DNA of 63,549 nucleotides, counting the filler, from Moniliella sp. 'wahieum' (lineage: Eukaryota), in the NCBI GenBank assembly GCA_003971905.1. It is 3 parts of 3 records of this genome, joined end to end, with 100 filler letters (N's around TTAATTAATTAA, not from the genome) between each part and the next. Parts side by side here need not be neighbours in the genome. Positions count along the whole stretch, not along the records: positions 1 to 20,986 come from RSEE01000187.1; 2 more parts are not named here. One strand, 5' to 3'. How positions within the stretch are numbered: position 1 is the stretch's first letter; each line of letters opens with the position of its first letter. Shown one piece after another: positions 1 through 11,670 of this stretch. The notes beneath the pieces were generated by a model, which searched no databases, had not been told where the DNA came from, and saw only the letters and a program-made list of their open reading frames with translations. Position numbers and translations under genes: made by a program.

Positions 1-660
1 TATCGGTGAGAGGGCTGGGGTCGAGGGTCGAGGCTAGACCGGGTAGACAGAGACATGCTACTGTGGGTCACGGTAGCTAGTAGGTAGCCACAGACGGTCG
101 TTTTGCTTTTTTTCGTCTATACTTGTGCCAGACCAACAGTGACCGGACCACGTGGAGTAGTGACGCAGCGGTTAGCGTGTGAGATTGCAATTGTGCCCCA
201 CGCCTGTGTGGGCAGGTGCTTCATCTTGAAGTCGTTGGTTCAAGTCCGACCTACTCCTGTCTTTTTTTCTGTTTGACGGGCCGAGCGGGAGGGAATGTGG
301 AGCAGGAGGGAATGTAGAGCAGGAGGTCACGTGGGTCGTGTGACGGTGAGATTGAGATGTGAGATGGATGAGCAGATGCTGGCAGCTGCTGGATGCGGAA
401 TGGGTGGGGTGCTACTTCGGGTATATACGCAAGGGGTGCGCGTGGCTGGCATGCCCAAGTGCAAGGGGGGCTGCGAGGAGCACAGCCAGCACAGGCCAGC
501 ACAGGCCAGCACAGGCCAGCACAGGCTCGGATTGTGCGTCGGCAGGCGGAGTGTGTGTCGCATGTCACATGTCACATGTCACCCCGCCGCCGCCATGCCG
601 TATGCAGAAACCATCATCGATCATGCGTCGTTTGTCGCCACGCACCCTGCCGCTGTGGTG

Positions 661-705
661 TCACATGTCACATGTCACATGTCACATGCCCCACGTCACC
701 TGTCA
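661..705. repeat. 7-bp-period array (TCACATG)n with in-register TCA
   Basis: TCA at 661, 668, 675, 682, 696, 703. A second array has TCA at 565, 572, 579. Confidence 0.9.
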
Positions 706-1216
706 GACGCATGTCAGGGCAGCCCGCAGGCCACACTTCCTGCCCGCGCACCTGCGCTGTGCCCTGTGGTGCCATGCCCATGACCAGCAGCTCCACCCGG
801 CCGCACGGCACGGCGCCAGCCGCCCCTGCCGGCGGGTGATCTGCAGCTGCCATGTTCACACTGCCGACGTTCCGAGCTGCCGCATGCGTCATGCATGTCA
901 TGCTTCATGCTTCATGTCAAGCTTTATGCACTCCGCTCAGCACGCCCCCCCGCAGAACCATCCATGCACGGCGCCTGTCACGGCCTGTGCCCAGCAGGTG
1001 CTGTCTGCCCAGCCGGCACGCCCACACCCCCACCACCCACACCGCCCCATCCCACCACCACCACCCCCCACACCACCTCCTCCTCCCCTCATCCACGCTC
1101 CCTGCCGCGCGCTTGCGCCTCCACGATCCTTACGCCTCCCACCCCCCCCCGAGCCCAGCGGCTGCGACGCCTCTCCCTGTCCTCGCCTGCCCTGGTGGTG
1201 TGCGCGCCCAACCACC

Positions 1217-4200
1217 ATGCGTCTCCACCGCCGCCTCCTCGCCCTCCCACTTGCCCTCACCCTCACCCTCACCCTCACCCTCGCCCTCGCCTCGCCCTCC
1301 CTCGCCCTTGCCCGCGACGCCCACGCCCACCAGCTCCCCCTCTCCCCCGTACCTCCTTCCCGCCACCCTCCACTTTCCTGCCCTCCTCCCCGCCCGCCCA
1401 CACGCCCCGCCCTTGCCGCGCGACGCGTCGGACAAGTCGTCGGACGAGTGGTGGGAACACCTCCTCAATAATGCAAGGGTAGCCACCCAATCTGCTGTCT
1501 CCTCCTCTTTTTCTTCTTCTCCTTCTTCTTCTCCTCCTCCCCCTCTCTTCTTCTCTTTCCCCCTCCCCCTCCGCCACGCGCCAGAGTTCTCCGCTCCCAC
1601 ACCCCTCTGTCGACCGTCCCAGCTCCAGCTCTAGCTTCAGCTCCAGCGCGAGCTCCATCTCTAGCTCCATCTCCAGCTCCAGCGACAGTTCCTCATCGAG
1701 CAAGGCACCTACGCAAAGTAAGCCGACGCATTCAAGCTCCGCAACCGTCACCCCGGCCCCGTACCCCTCTGCTTCCTCCGCCTTGTCCTCAAGCGACCCG
1801 TCGAGCTCCTCTTCTCCCTCCCCCTCCTCCTCCACGGATCAGGACTCGTCCGCGTCCGCGTCCACGTCCCCGAGCTGGAGCCCCTCGAGCAGCCCGAGCC
1901 CTGTCCAGCACCGTTCTTCCTCTTCGTCTGACCTGGCAAGTAGTGATAGTTGGACCGTGACCGTGACCGTGACTGCGTCTTCACCTGGATCGACCACGAC
2001 CAGATGGGATCCGTCCAGTTCGACGGTGGTTGCCTCTAGCCCCTCTCCGTACCACTCCCACCACTCCCCGACGGATACCTGGACGGATACCTGGACGGAC
2101 ACCTCGACGGACACCTCGACGGATACCTGGACAGATACTTGGACGGATACCTGGACGGATACTTGGACGGATACCTGGACGGATACTTGGACGTCTGCAC
2201 CTGAGTCTGCTTCGCCCACTTGGTCCAGCCCAACCCCAGTTTCGGCTTCAGCGTCCGCCAGTGCATTTTCTCCTACGCCTTCGAGCACCCGGCACCACCG
2301 TCCGTGGTCCAGTTCGTCCTCAGCGTCAGACTCGGCGTCGGACTCGGACTCAGCCTCGTGGAGCTTGAGCAGTCCCTGGTGGTCTCCTTCACCCCGTCTT
2401 GGAGCCAGCCAAGTTCGGTAGACAGCCCGACGGACGTCTCGTCTGATAGTTCGTGGTGGTCGCCAAGTTCGAGCTGGGAGTGGACGCCGAGTTCGAGCGC
2501 CGAGTGGACGCCCAGTTCCAGCTGGGAGTGGACGCCAAGTTCGACGGAGTGGATGCCAAGTTCAAGCGCCGAGTGGACACCAAGTTCGACGGAATGGATG
2601 CCCAGTTCGAGCTTGGAGTGGACACCGAGTTCGAGCTTGGAGTGGACACCAAGTTCGAGCTTGGAGTGGACGCCAAGTTCAAGCGCGGAAAGTTGGTCTC
2701 CCTCTTCCTCTCCTTACCCCCATCATTACAGTCCGACCACCTCAAGCGACGCGACACCGGTCTCACCCACTTCCTCGGCTGACGGTAGCTCCCCTGGTTC
2801 GTCTAGCTCCCTCGTCTGGGGAAGCAGCTCTAGCGTGGTGTCGGGGTCGGACAGCAGCTCGGTACCGGCTTCTGGCACCAGCTCCGTGTTTGGATCTGGA
2901 TCTGGATCTGGTTCCGGTTCGGGATGGAGCTCGATTTCTGGTTCCAGCTTTGCTTCGGACTCCATCAGCCTAGCCTCGTCCGCCTACCCGGCTTCGAGCG
3001 CGCAATGGTCGGGTGGCAGTGCATCCAAGACGTGGGGCAATTACGGTACGTCGTCTACTTTGTCTTATACGGCAATCTCCTCGGACGCTACCGCGACCTC
3101 TACGTTTACGGATACGGATCCGACGGACTCGTTTTCTGTTGCCGCTTCGGTTCCATCTGCTTCGGGATCGAGTGGGTCCGGGTCCGGGCCCGGGTCCGCA
3201 TCAAGTTTGTCAGAGCCGTCGGCGTCGAATAGCGAGTCGCAAGATTCTGGCAGCAGCTCGGCTACGTCCTCTTTGTCTGCATTGGCCAGCTCCGAGTCCC
3301 AGGGCAGTTCCAGCTCCGAGTCCCAGGGCAGTTCCAGCTCCGAGTCTCAGGGCAGTTCCGGTACCTCGATTCAGTACACCAACTATTACAACTATGCGCC
3401 AAGCAGCGCGCTGCTGCTTCCTACCAGCTCTTCTTTCTCAGGCTCCATCAGCCCCGCCGAATCGAACAGTGGCTACTCGCCTGGCGCCACGGTATCCTAC
3501 TCTTCCTCTGTGGCACCTGCGTCGTCCTCGGCGTTGCCAGCCCCTCTTCCCGCGACGATTGCGCCGATGAACGGTAGTCCGCAACAGCCGATCAACACGA
3601 CCAGCATTTCTCTGCTGTTTAACCAGTCGGTCATGTGGTCCGATGTGGCGGGTCCGAGTGCGGGCGAACTTCCGGCGCAGTTGTTCAGTTTTATGCCTAC
3701 GGTCGTTGCTACGGGTCTGGGCATTTCGCCAGCCCAAGTGATCACGTATGGACTGCAAGCGTACCACGGTAACGGTCAAGTGGACTCGACCAACTGGCAT
3801 TCACAAACGACGTACGAGGCGTACATACCTAAAGGTTTGGTGGCAGCATTGCAAGATGCAGTCAACCATCCTGCCTCGGCCTTGTTCACCAATCAAACGC
3901 ATGGGATCAATGCGCAACTAGCCTCGTTCATCACGCCGGGGTTCAACGTGCTCTCCGGCGCGGGGAACACCAAGTCAGCGCAGCTCAATGCGTCCGGTAC
4001 AGGCAACGGGCACAAGAATACGGTACGGGACGCGTTGATTGGGGTATTTGTACCGCTTGTCGTCCTGCTCGCTGGGGCACTGGTGGGCGTGCTACTATGG
4101 AAAAAGAAAAAGGACGTAAGGGACGCTGCGCTAGCACGGGAGAAACGCGAAACGGACGAACCGGTATGGGGTACCAGCCCGTTACAGCGTCAAGCTACGA

Positions 4201-5040
4201 TACGTTCCATCGGATTGCGCGAAACGTGGGACCCAACGGCTATGGAGGTGTCGACGTCTACGTCAATGGCTATGTCTATGGACCAAGAACCAGGGTCCCC
4301 TGCTTCCCCCGTTTCCCCCGCTTCCCATGTCGCTGCCGCGGGGGGATCGTAAGGACCAGTGCGTCGCACAGCGTACGAGACGGTTCCACTCCTACTCCCA
4401 CGCGCACTTCCGTCTCCTCTCCGTCCTCCCCTCCCCCGCGGGAGCCGGACAAGCGCAAGCGCAAGCGCAAGGACAAAGGGACGTCCAAGTGCGGCAAGAC
4501 AACCCGTTTGCCGAACACACAGCGATCGTGACCACGGGCCAATCTGTGCAATCGCAACGTGCTTCAGTCGCGACGGGCGCAACGGGTGTGACCTGGTCGC
4601 TCACTTCATCTTCTACGACTGAGCAACTTGTGTTCCCGCGCGCTCCTGGCCTCGCACCCATCCCTTCCTCCCCTGCTCTGTCGGGCTTAACCTCCCGCGC
4701 AAGCCAAAGCCACTACTCGATCGGGACCTCCGACGCAGCTAGTGTGCTTACTGAGTCGCAGCGGATCCAAGCTGCCTACCAAGCTCAGGACGAGTACCTT
4801 GCCGAGTACGAGACCGTGCACGAGACCGGGAACGAGAACGAGTATAGAGCCGCACGTGGGTACGACGATCGCCGCGCGTCAGAACGGTCTAGTTCCGACC
4901 CATTTGCTGATCGGTCACTCGCGTCGTTGTCCCTCTCCCACTCGTTGCCCGGACGCGAGGCTGCCGAGGCCCACCGCCCTCCGTCGCACCATGGGTATGG
5001 CGGGTACAATGCTAACCCGTTTTACTCCACTGCGTACTAA
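1217..5040 (+). CDS. msb2: Msb2/Hkr1-like signalling mucin (type I membrane protein), frameshifted in the assembly
   Basis: ACCACCATG at 1217; signal peptide MRLHRRLLALPLALTLTLTLTLALASPSLALA; very long Ser/Thr-rich region with tandem repeats; HMH-like globular segment (PINTTSISLLFNQSVMW...AQLFSFMP...LGISPAQVITYGLQAY); one TM helix (ALIGVFVPLVVLLAGALVGVLLW) followed by KKKK; cytoplasmic tail with NPF/DPF motifs, TAA at 5038-5040. Joined from ORFs 359-1471, 852-1634, 1783-2421, 2220-4352, 4097-4531, 4327-5040. Confidence 0.7.
2071..2190 (+). repeat. Coding tandem repeat, 12 bp x10 (TDTW/TDTS)
   Basis: ACGGATAC(C/T)TGG units, in frame within the mucin ectodomain. Confidence 0.95.
2462..2686 (+). 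repeat. Coding tandem repeat, 21-24 bp units (EW[T/M]PSS[S/T])
   Basis: About ten GAGTGGAC.CC.AGTTC-type units translating to EWTPSSS/EWMPSSS. Confidence 0.93.
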
Positions 5041-5582
5041 AGCTTAAAAGCGACTAAGGCCGGGCTAAGACTTCACGTCGAATCCCCCACCCCCCCATCC
5101 CAATTCCCAATTTTGGACTGTCTATCGTCACCCCACCCCCCCCGAACCGCCCGTACACGTATGGTACAACGATCGGAACGTGCGCGTGCTGGTTTTGCTG
5201 GTCAGCCACACGCGGTACCTTGGTCTTTCTTGTTTCTTTCCTTTCCTTTCCTTTCTTTTCTTTTCCTTTCTTTTCTTCCTTTTTTTGGTTGTCGTTTGGT
5301 TCTGTTGGGTTTTAGCCGGCGCTGGGCGCTACACGCTGGGCGTTGTTTGACTGGAAACGGGCTTGCTTTCGCGTCACGGATCGGTCCCCCCCCCTCTCCT
5401 CCCAGCCCTCCTCCATTTTCCTTTCTCCTTCCCTTCCCTTCTCCTTCCCTTCCCCTTCTCCTTCCCCTTATCCTTATTCTTATTATTATCCTTCCTCTTT
5501 ATGCCCGTGCTCGAACCCCTTAACCAACTCTCCCCACTGCATTTTATTGTCCTTTCCCACCCCGCTCTGGCGCCTTGCACTT

Positions 5583-5627
5583 TGAGTCTTGAGTCTTGAG
5601 TCTTGAGTCTTGAGTTTTGAGCCTTGA
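5583..5627. repeat. 7-bp-period array (TGAGTCT)n
   Basis: TGA at 5583, 5590, 5597, 5604, 5611, 5618, 5625; spacers GTCT x4, GTTT, GCCT. Confidence 0.92.
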
Positions 5628-7023
5628 GTCTCTTATGCTGCCTGGCTGCACCGCGATGTTATATCCTACTCTTTCTTCATTCTACATTCTTCGTTCTTGG
5701 TATTTGTTGCTTAGAGGTACCGGATGACGGGGTTGGGATATGGCTGAGGTACTGGTACCTGGTACCTCTGGTCCGCGGGGTGCTTCCTCCTTGCTTTTGC
5801 TCAGTCGTGGATCGATTCTACGTTCTACCTTACCCTCTCGTGAGACGATGATCGTCCGGAACCTGTGCCTGTGCCAACTCCTCAGCCCACTCCTCAGCCA
5901 ACTCCTGTGAGGAGTTGGGAAGGTGGGGGGGATAGCTTGCTTCGTCCCCAGCTTTGATTCGTAACTTAACTGTCCAAACGCCTAATTGCCTAAATGCCTA
6001 AATGCCTAAATGCCTAAATGCAGAAATGGTTTGCCTTCAATGTTACCTTCTAATATAATGTCTGTCTTTCATCTCGCTTTCCCAACCCCCCCGCGCTCCC
6101 TTTGCTCTTCCTTCCTCCCTTTCGTCCCTCGCTTTCCCTCCCTTGCCCTCATTGCCCGGGATTTTCACCCCTCCCCCCTACTCGTGATTCGGGAAGAACG
6201 AGCGGTACCGTCGTACACTTTATTTCGCACGTCACGCCCACCTTTTACGTTTTTTTAATTGTTTTCTGCCTCTTCTCGCCCCCCCCCTGGTCTTCCTGCA
6301 TTTTGCCGTGTAGCCCCTCGCCCTACGCTTTCCTTTCTTTCTAGAGGCTGGAAATAAAGTGGAGAGGGGAAGGGGAGAAGGGGAAGGGGGAAGGGCTCTG
6401 TTCATTGGATCCCTTTGTTTTGCTTGAATTTTGCTGCTCAGTTCAGCGTACTACTTACGTAGTGCATGGTAAGTGGGAAGTGGTGAATGGGGAGTTGGGA
6501 GTGGGGTGTACGTTGGAACGAAGGAGATGGTAGACGTCGCTCGGGTGACTGGGGTACACAGCTAGTTGGGTGTACCTCTGTACTACTAGTAGCGTTGACA
6601 GTATTGGGCTTATATTAGCTTGGTGGTGCGGCAGAGTACTTCAGTCCCGTACGTGTCCCCCGTGTCCCATGTCCCACCAATGTCCCACCAATGTCCCACC
6701 AATGTCCCACCCGCTTCTCCCAGGCCGTTCCACCACCCCACTATCATTATAGGCTGCATACCCTCCTACCCTCCAGCCGCTCCACGTCTCCCTTGCCACA
6801 CGACCCAACGGAGGCCGAAGCGAACCAACCAATCAAAATGCATCAACGCCAAAACGAGTGACGATGGTCGGGGGGGCAAAACAGGCAACAAAGGCAACAA
6901 GAAGGCAAAACAAGGCAAACGAGGCAAACCGAAACTCCAAGGCAACCGACGGGACCAAGGGCGGGGAAAGGTATATATCGATGCCAGGGGGGTCACCACC
7001 ACACAAGTGGACACAGCTTCCAC

Positions 7024-7054
7024 TCAGTACTCAAGCTTCAACCTTCAAGCTTCA
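7024..7054. repeat. 7-bp-period TCA-N4 array with variable spacers
   Basis: TCA gtac TCA agct TCA acct TCA agct TCA. Confidence 0.9.
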
Positions 7055-7359
7055 ACACCATCCCAACCCTACTCCCAGTCCTAATCCCAGTCCCAGTCTC
7101 AATCTGGATTCTACTCAAAGTCGCACTCCTGAGCACGCCCAACCCAACGCAGGAGACAAACCCCAAAGGGGGATACCCAAAGGGGGATAAAAGCGCGCGG
7201 GGGTGAACAAGATGAGAGTCAAGCACCCGTCGGGAAAAGGGAGAGTTATAGACGTAGGGGAAGGGGGGTGTAGACTGATGAGTACCGAGTACTGAGTACT
7301 GAGTACTGAGCCTCGAAACTCAAGTAGACTGGCAAGTCGTCCCTCGAAAAACCAAACGC

Positions 7360-9613
7360 TTAATTCTTGCTGCGCAAAAAGTGGGAAAAGCGACTACCCT
7401 TGGGCGGCGGAGCATACGCCGGCGGAGGCGCCGCTTCCTCGCCCCCCGCGCCAGAGGGGGGAGCCGCAGCCGCACCCGCACCCGCACTCGCTTGACCCGC
7501 ACCGGTACTGGTGCCAGACGAGCTGGGCGGGACAGGAGGTGCGGTAGGGGGAACAGGTAACGAGGGGTGAGCAGCAGGGGGCAAAGGGAGAGCCGGTGCA
7601 CCCGTCCCCGTCCCTGCGACGGTTGTGGCAGTTGCTGCGGTTGCGGCCCCACCAGGCGTAGGGGGGAGCGGGGTACTACTGCTTCTAGCCCCTGCCACAG
7701 GAGGTTGCGGGAGAGGCGCGACAGCAGGTTCAGGCCGGTCCGTAGGCGGAACAAGGTGCGCGTCCGAAGGCTGGGTCAGCTGCGGTAGGTGGTCGTACAG
7801 TTGATCGTACCCTGGCACAGGGGGTGCCAGTGCATCTTCCGGCACGGAGGCAGGGTAGACCGAAGGAGCGTACCCAGCTGCACTTGGTGCGTAGCCTGTT
7901 CCGCCTGGCGCGTACCCCGAAGTAGGTGCAGACATGAGCGAAGGAGGGTACGCTGTGCCCATGCCAGCGGAGCTGCCGGTGGTCGTGCGTGAGATAGGAC
8001 CCGAGGCAGGGAACGTGCCTGGTGGAGGGGTGGGCAAGGACGCGTATGCAGCTACGTGCGCCAAGCTCGTTCGGCCCATAAGAGAAGGGTCAGGAGACGC
8101 AACGCGGTACATGCTCGGCGGGCCGGTGGACAGTGGCGTAGCACGCGACGCAGCGAGTAAAGATGCAGTGGCCGAATCGGGTGGGGAAAGCATTCCTGCC
8201 CCCGCGCCCGTGGGTACAGCCACCACCGAGGACCCTGACACACTCGGCGCACGTTGTTTGCCCTTGCTGCTGTGGTCGGCAAACGGGTCGTGGTAGTGCT
8301 GCGAATCGGTCGCGGTCGTTACGCTCCGCCCATTCTTCTCTTTCCCAGTGTAGGTACCGTACTCGAACTTGATCGTGTCCAAGATGGGCATGATCTGGGG
8401 CATGATGTTGACCCCGCCATCGACGCTGGAGGGAACGGTGGGCACAAGCTGGTTCACACGTTTCTTCTTCAACAACGAATCGACTTCGGTAAAGTTACGT
8501 GTGGCACATGCCTTGGCCAGGGCTAAGATACGTTGTCCACTCTCGCTCACGGCAAAGTTCTTGCTCCCGTGCATGTAGTGCTGCTTCGGCACCTTGTCTG
8601 GCAACTTGGCCGCAATCAAGCACAGCGACGCCAGCGCATAGTACCGCGACTGGTCCTGTACAATCAACTTGGGCGTCGAGACGAGACTGAGAGCGACACT
8701 GGCGGCTTGGGTGTACCGACCCACACGAAGAAGGTGCGAAATGGACTGGGTAAAGTTACGGTACGCCCGCTGCGTTCGGCTCCTCAAACGACCTGCCACA
8801 AGACCACACGAACGAATGAATGGTCAGCACTTGAGGTTCAACCACACTAGTGTCCCAGGTCCCTTTCTCCCCCTTTCTCCCCCCTTCTCTCCTCCTTCTC
8901 CTTCCTCCTTCCCCCCCTGTGTTAAGACCAGCGAGGAAAAAATACGCACTCAAATGGATCGGCCGGCTTGTCTTCCACGCGCTTTGCGCCGACCGCGCCG
9001 CACGCCAGTACCAGTCGGCCGCATCCGCCGCATTGCCCGCCAAGGAATGGTGCTGTGCCAAAAACATCTCGTCGGCCGTTGTCTTGTCGCGTTCGCCGAG
9101 GTGGTTACCGCAGCTCGTCGACGATCGCTGCTGTGGCCTCGAGCTGGGCTGCAGGGAGCGGTACGCAGTACGCGCGTCGTTCACGTCAGTACGGTGCACA
9201 GGAACAAACCAGCCAAAAGAAACAGAGGGTAAGAGGGGTAAGAGGGTTAGGGGGGGGGGAGGACGGACACAGCGAGTTGGCAAACAAGTAGGACCGACGG
9301 CGTTGGTGGCGAATTCGATGGCGAGACGGAGATGCTGGCGGCGCTGGTCACGGTCGATGAGGAGGACAGAGGTGGAGGGCAAGCCGTCAGCCTGCGACGC
9401 AGGCAAGGTGGCGTCGTCCGAAAAGGCAAGTTCGGCATGGAGACGGACGAGCTGCATGAACGTGTCGCCTGCTGCGCGCTCGTCGTTCTCGAACGAGCAC
9501 GCATTGGCCGCCCGCTCGTACAGCAGAAGCGTCGACTCGCTCCACTGGTCAGGCGCAGCATGCGCACGCGCAAGCAGCGACGCGGCGGAGCCAGCAAACG
9601 TCGAGCGCGCCAT
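7360..9613 (-). CDS. Alpha-SNAP (Sec17)-like helical-repeat protein with a long Pro/Ala-rich C-terminal tail ending in PPxY; multi-exon, frameshifted
   Basis: LLLYERAANACSFENDERAAGDTF, AADWYWRAA and YYALASLCLIA resemble SNAP-family motifs (LYEKAANAF..AGEAF, AADWY, YFLKAGLC). Two probable introns near 9150-9295 and 8793-8928. Tail ends PPPAYAPPPKGSRFSHFLRSKN*. Confidence 0.55.
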
Positions 9614-9727
9614 TGGTGGTCGCTGCCCCGCCCTTGGCCTTCGCCTTGGCCTTGGCCTTGGCCTTGGCCTTGGCCTTCGCCTTGGCCTTCGCCCCGCCGC
9701 CCCCGCCCGACGCCCAGCTCCGACGGG

Positions 9728-9792
9728 GCAACCCTACCCACCCACCTCCGCCCCCGCGCGGCTGCCCCTGAACTAGCCGCGGGTAGGGTTGC
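9728..9792. promoter_or_regulatory. Perfect 12-bp inverted repeat of a telo-box/Homol E-like motif upstream of the SNAP-like gene
   Basis: GCAACCCTACCC (9728-9739) and GGGTAGGGTTGC (9781-9792); the same 12-mer is at 34963-34974 in the RPS23 promoter. Confidence 0.5.
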
Positions 9793-10669
9793 ACGTTGCA
9801 CCCGCGTGTGCTGGGCCTGGCACGACGCCTGTGTGTCGGCCTGCCGATTGGGGCGTTTGGGCGCTTGCTCTGCCCCTCTCCACTTGGTGCCGAGGCAGCT
9901 GGCCAGTATCTTGCCAACCACAGGGGAACCGGACGGAACGCTCCCACCTACACCGTGATCTCCCAACAACACTGAGTACTATAGTAGCCCACCCGACGAG
10001 GCGTACGGTGGGGGTACACCAGCCCGTGTCGTGTAGCACAGGGTCCACGGTGGAGCCAACTGGTCCTAAAGCGAAAACTGTCAAAGGTGCAGTGCAGATG
10101 GCATGGCAAGACAGGATCTGCTGCGACGTTCAAGTTGGAGCAGTGGACAGGTGACCTACTTACAGGTGACTTGTTTCTCAGGGCATCTTGGGTCGCCAAT
10201 ACCCCCATGAAACTATACCCCATGAAGCTTGTCAGAAGCTTAAGGTTCTGATCTGCCACGTGGAGAGGCCCTCGGACGAGGGGGGGAACAGTCTGATTTC
10301 CCAGCTTGTAGATTGAAGCTACCCAAGCCCTGGGTCAATATCAATCTCATGGCATTTTACATCCCACTTTGGGTCCCAATCTTCTCCTACGCGCTGTTGG
10401 GAGTGGTGTACTTGGTAGTACTTCGTTCGTGTCCCTCGCCACTGCCATCTCTCTTCTTATTCTTGCATTTTGTCCCACACCTCCACCCCCTCTCCCCTGA
10501 TCCTGTTCCTCAACGCGTAACCAAGCGAAATGCTGCCCCATACTCAGGTCTATTTTGGCAAGACAGAAAAGCAGTCCTCACAACCGGGCCACAACATGCG
10601 AGTTCGGGCAAAAAGGTAGATTAACCTCAAAGCAGCATATGATTTGCCGAGCAATCGGGATTTCAGATC

Positions 10670-11670
10670 TCAGAGCTTAGGGCCAGGGTAGCTCTTGGGC
10701 GGCGCGCTCTGATACTTCTTGGCCTTGATCAAGTTGTCAAAGGTGGCAATGCCGTCCGGTCCACGGTAGACACCCAGTTCAAGCCTGCTAAACACATCGG
10801 CAAAGTCCTTAAAGAACAAATCCTTGTCCTCGGCGTACTTCTCCACCCATACGCGGAACGAAGGATCCTTAGCCAAACTCATGTCGGTCGGCAGCATCAT
10901 CAGCTCCTCATCGCCATCGTCGGCACCGGGCGCCTTGGCAGCCCACTGGAACGGCGCATCTTTACGCTTGCCTTGCCAGTCCTTAGGGTGCCACTTGAGC
11001 TTGAGCAGCAACTTGTAAAACTGGTTCGAGAAGCGGGTCGGGTTGACCACCCACGGACCATCAAACCCAGACCGGTTGGCGTGGCAGCGGCCCAACGCAT
11101 GCGCTCCAGACAAGGCCACGATTTCCTGGTCGTTGAATCCCATGCGGTAAAAGATGGCGCGCAAGTGGTCTTGGCCTTGCGATGCATCGGGCAACCGACC
11201 CTGCGGGGGCAACAGGCTGTCGTCCGAGAAATCCGACCGACCGGGTTTCCAAGGAATGTGCGGGCCACCCAGTGCCTCAATGGCCGTTGCGCCAGCCAAA
11301 GTCCACAGATCAGCATACGTGATCCACGAGTGCTTCTGCTTCAGCGGCTCGAGGAACAGACGCGCATTCTCCAGCCCATTGTTGGCTGGGTCCGCACCTT
11401 CGGCCGTGTAGCGCATACCGGCACCGTTGGAGCCACCCGTGTCGGTCTCCTTGTCGTACGTGCCGGCAGCGTGCCAGGCGAGACGGACCAGGACAGGGCC
11501 AATGGAGCCGTCGTCGTAGCCAGGCTTCTTGAGGATGGCCTTGACGTCCTCGCGGACGGCTGCGTGGGAGGAGGGGGGGGAGGGGAGTGTCAGGGCAGGG
11601 CAGAGAGCAGAGAACAAAGAACAAAGAGCAGGGAGTAGGACGTACCATCAAAGTCGCCAGGCGTGCTCAT
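10670..11670 (-). CDS. CCP2: Class I heme peroxidase, Ccp2-type (cytochrome c peroxidase-like, no mitochondrial presequence), PTS1-like C-terminus
   Basis: Exon 1 11670-11646, intron 11645-11560 (GTACGT..CAG), giving [38 protein letters not shown]; distal RLAWH, proximal [13 protein letters not shown] and MMLPTD motifs; ends -PKL*. Confidence 0.93.

Noticed and set aside
2071..2686. Regular repeats that could look like a CRISPR array
   Set aside because: Units are 12-24 bp, contiguous, in frame in a mucin CDS, with no unique spacers and no cas genes; the DNA is eukaryotic.
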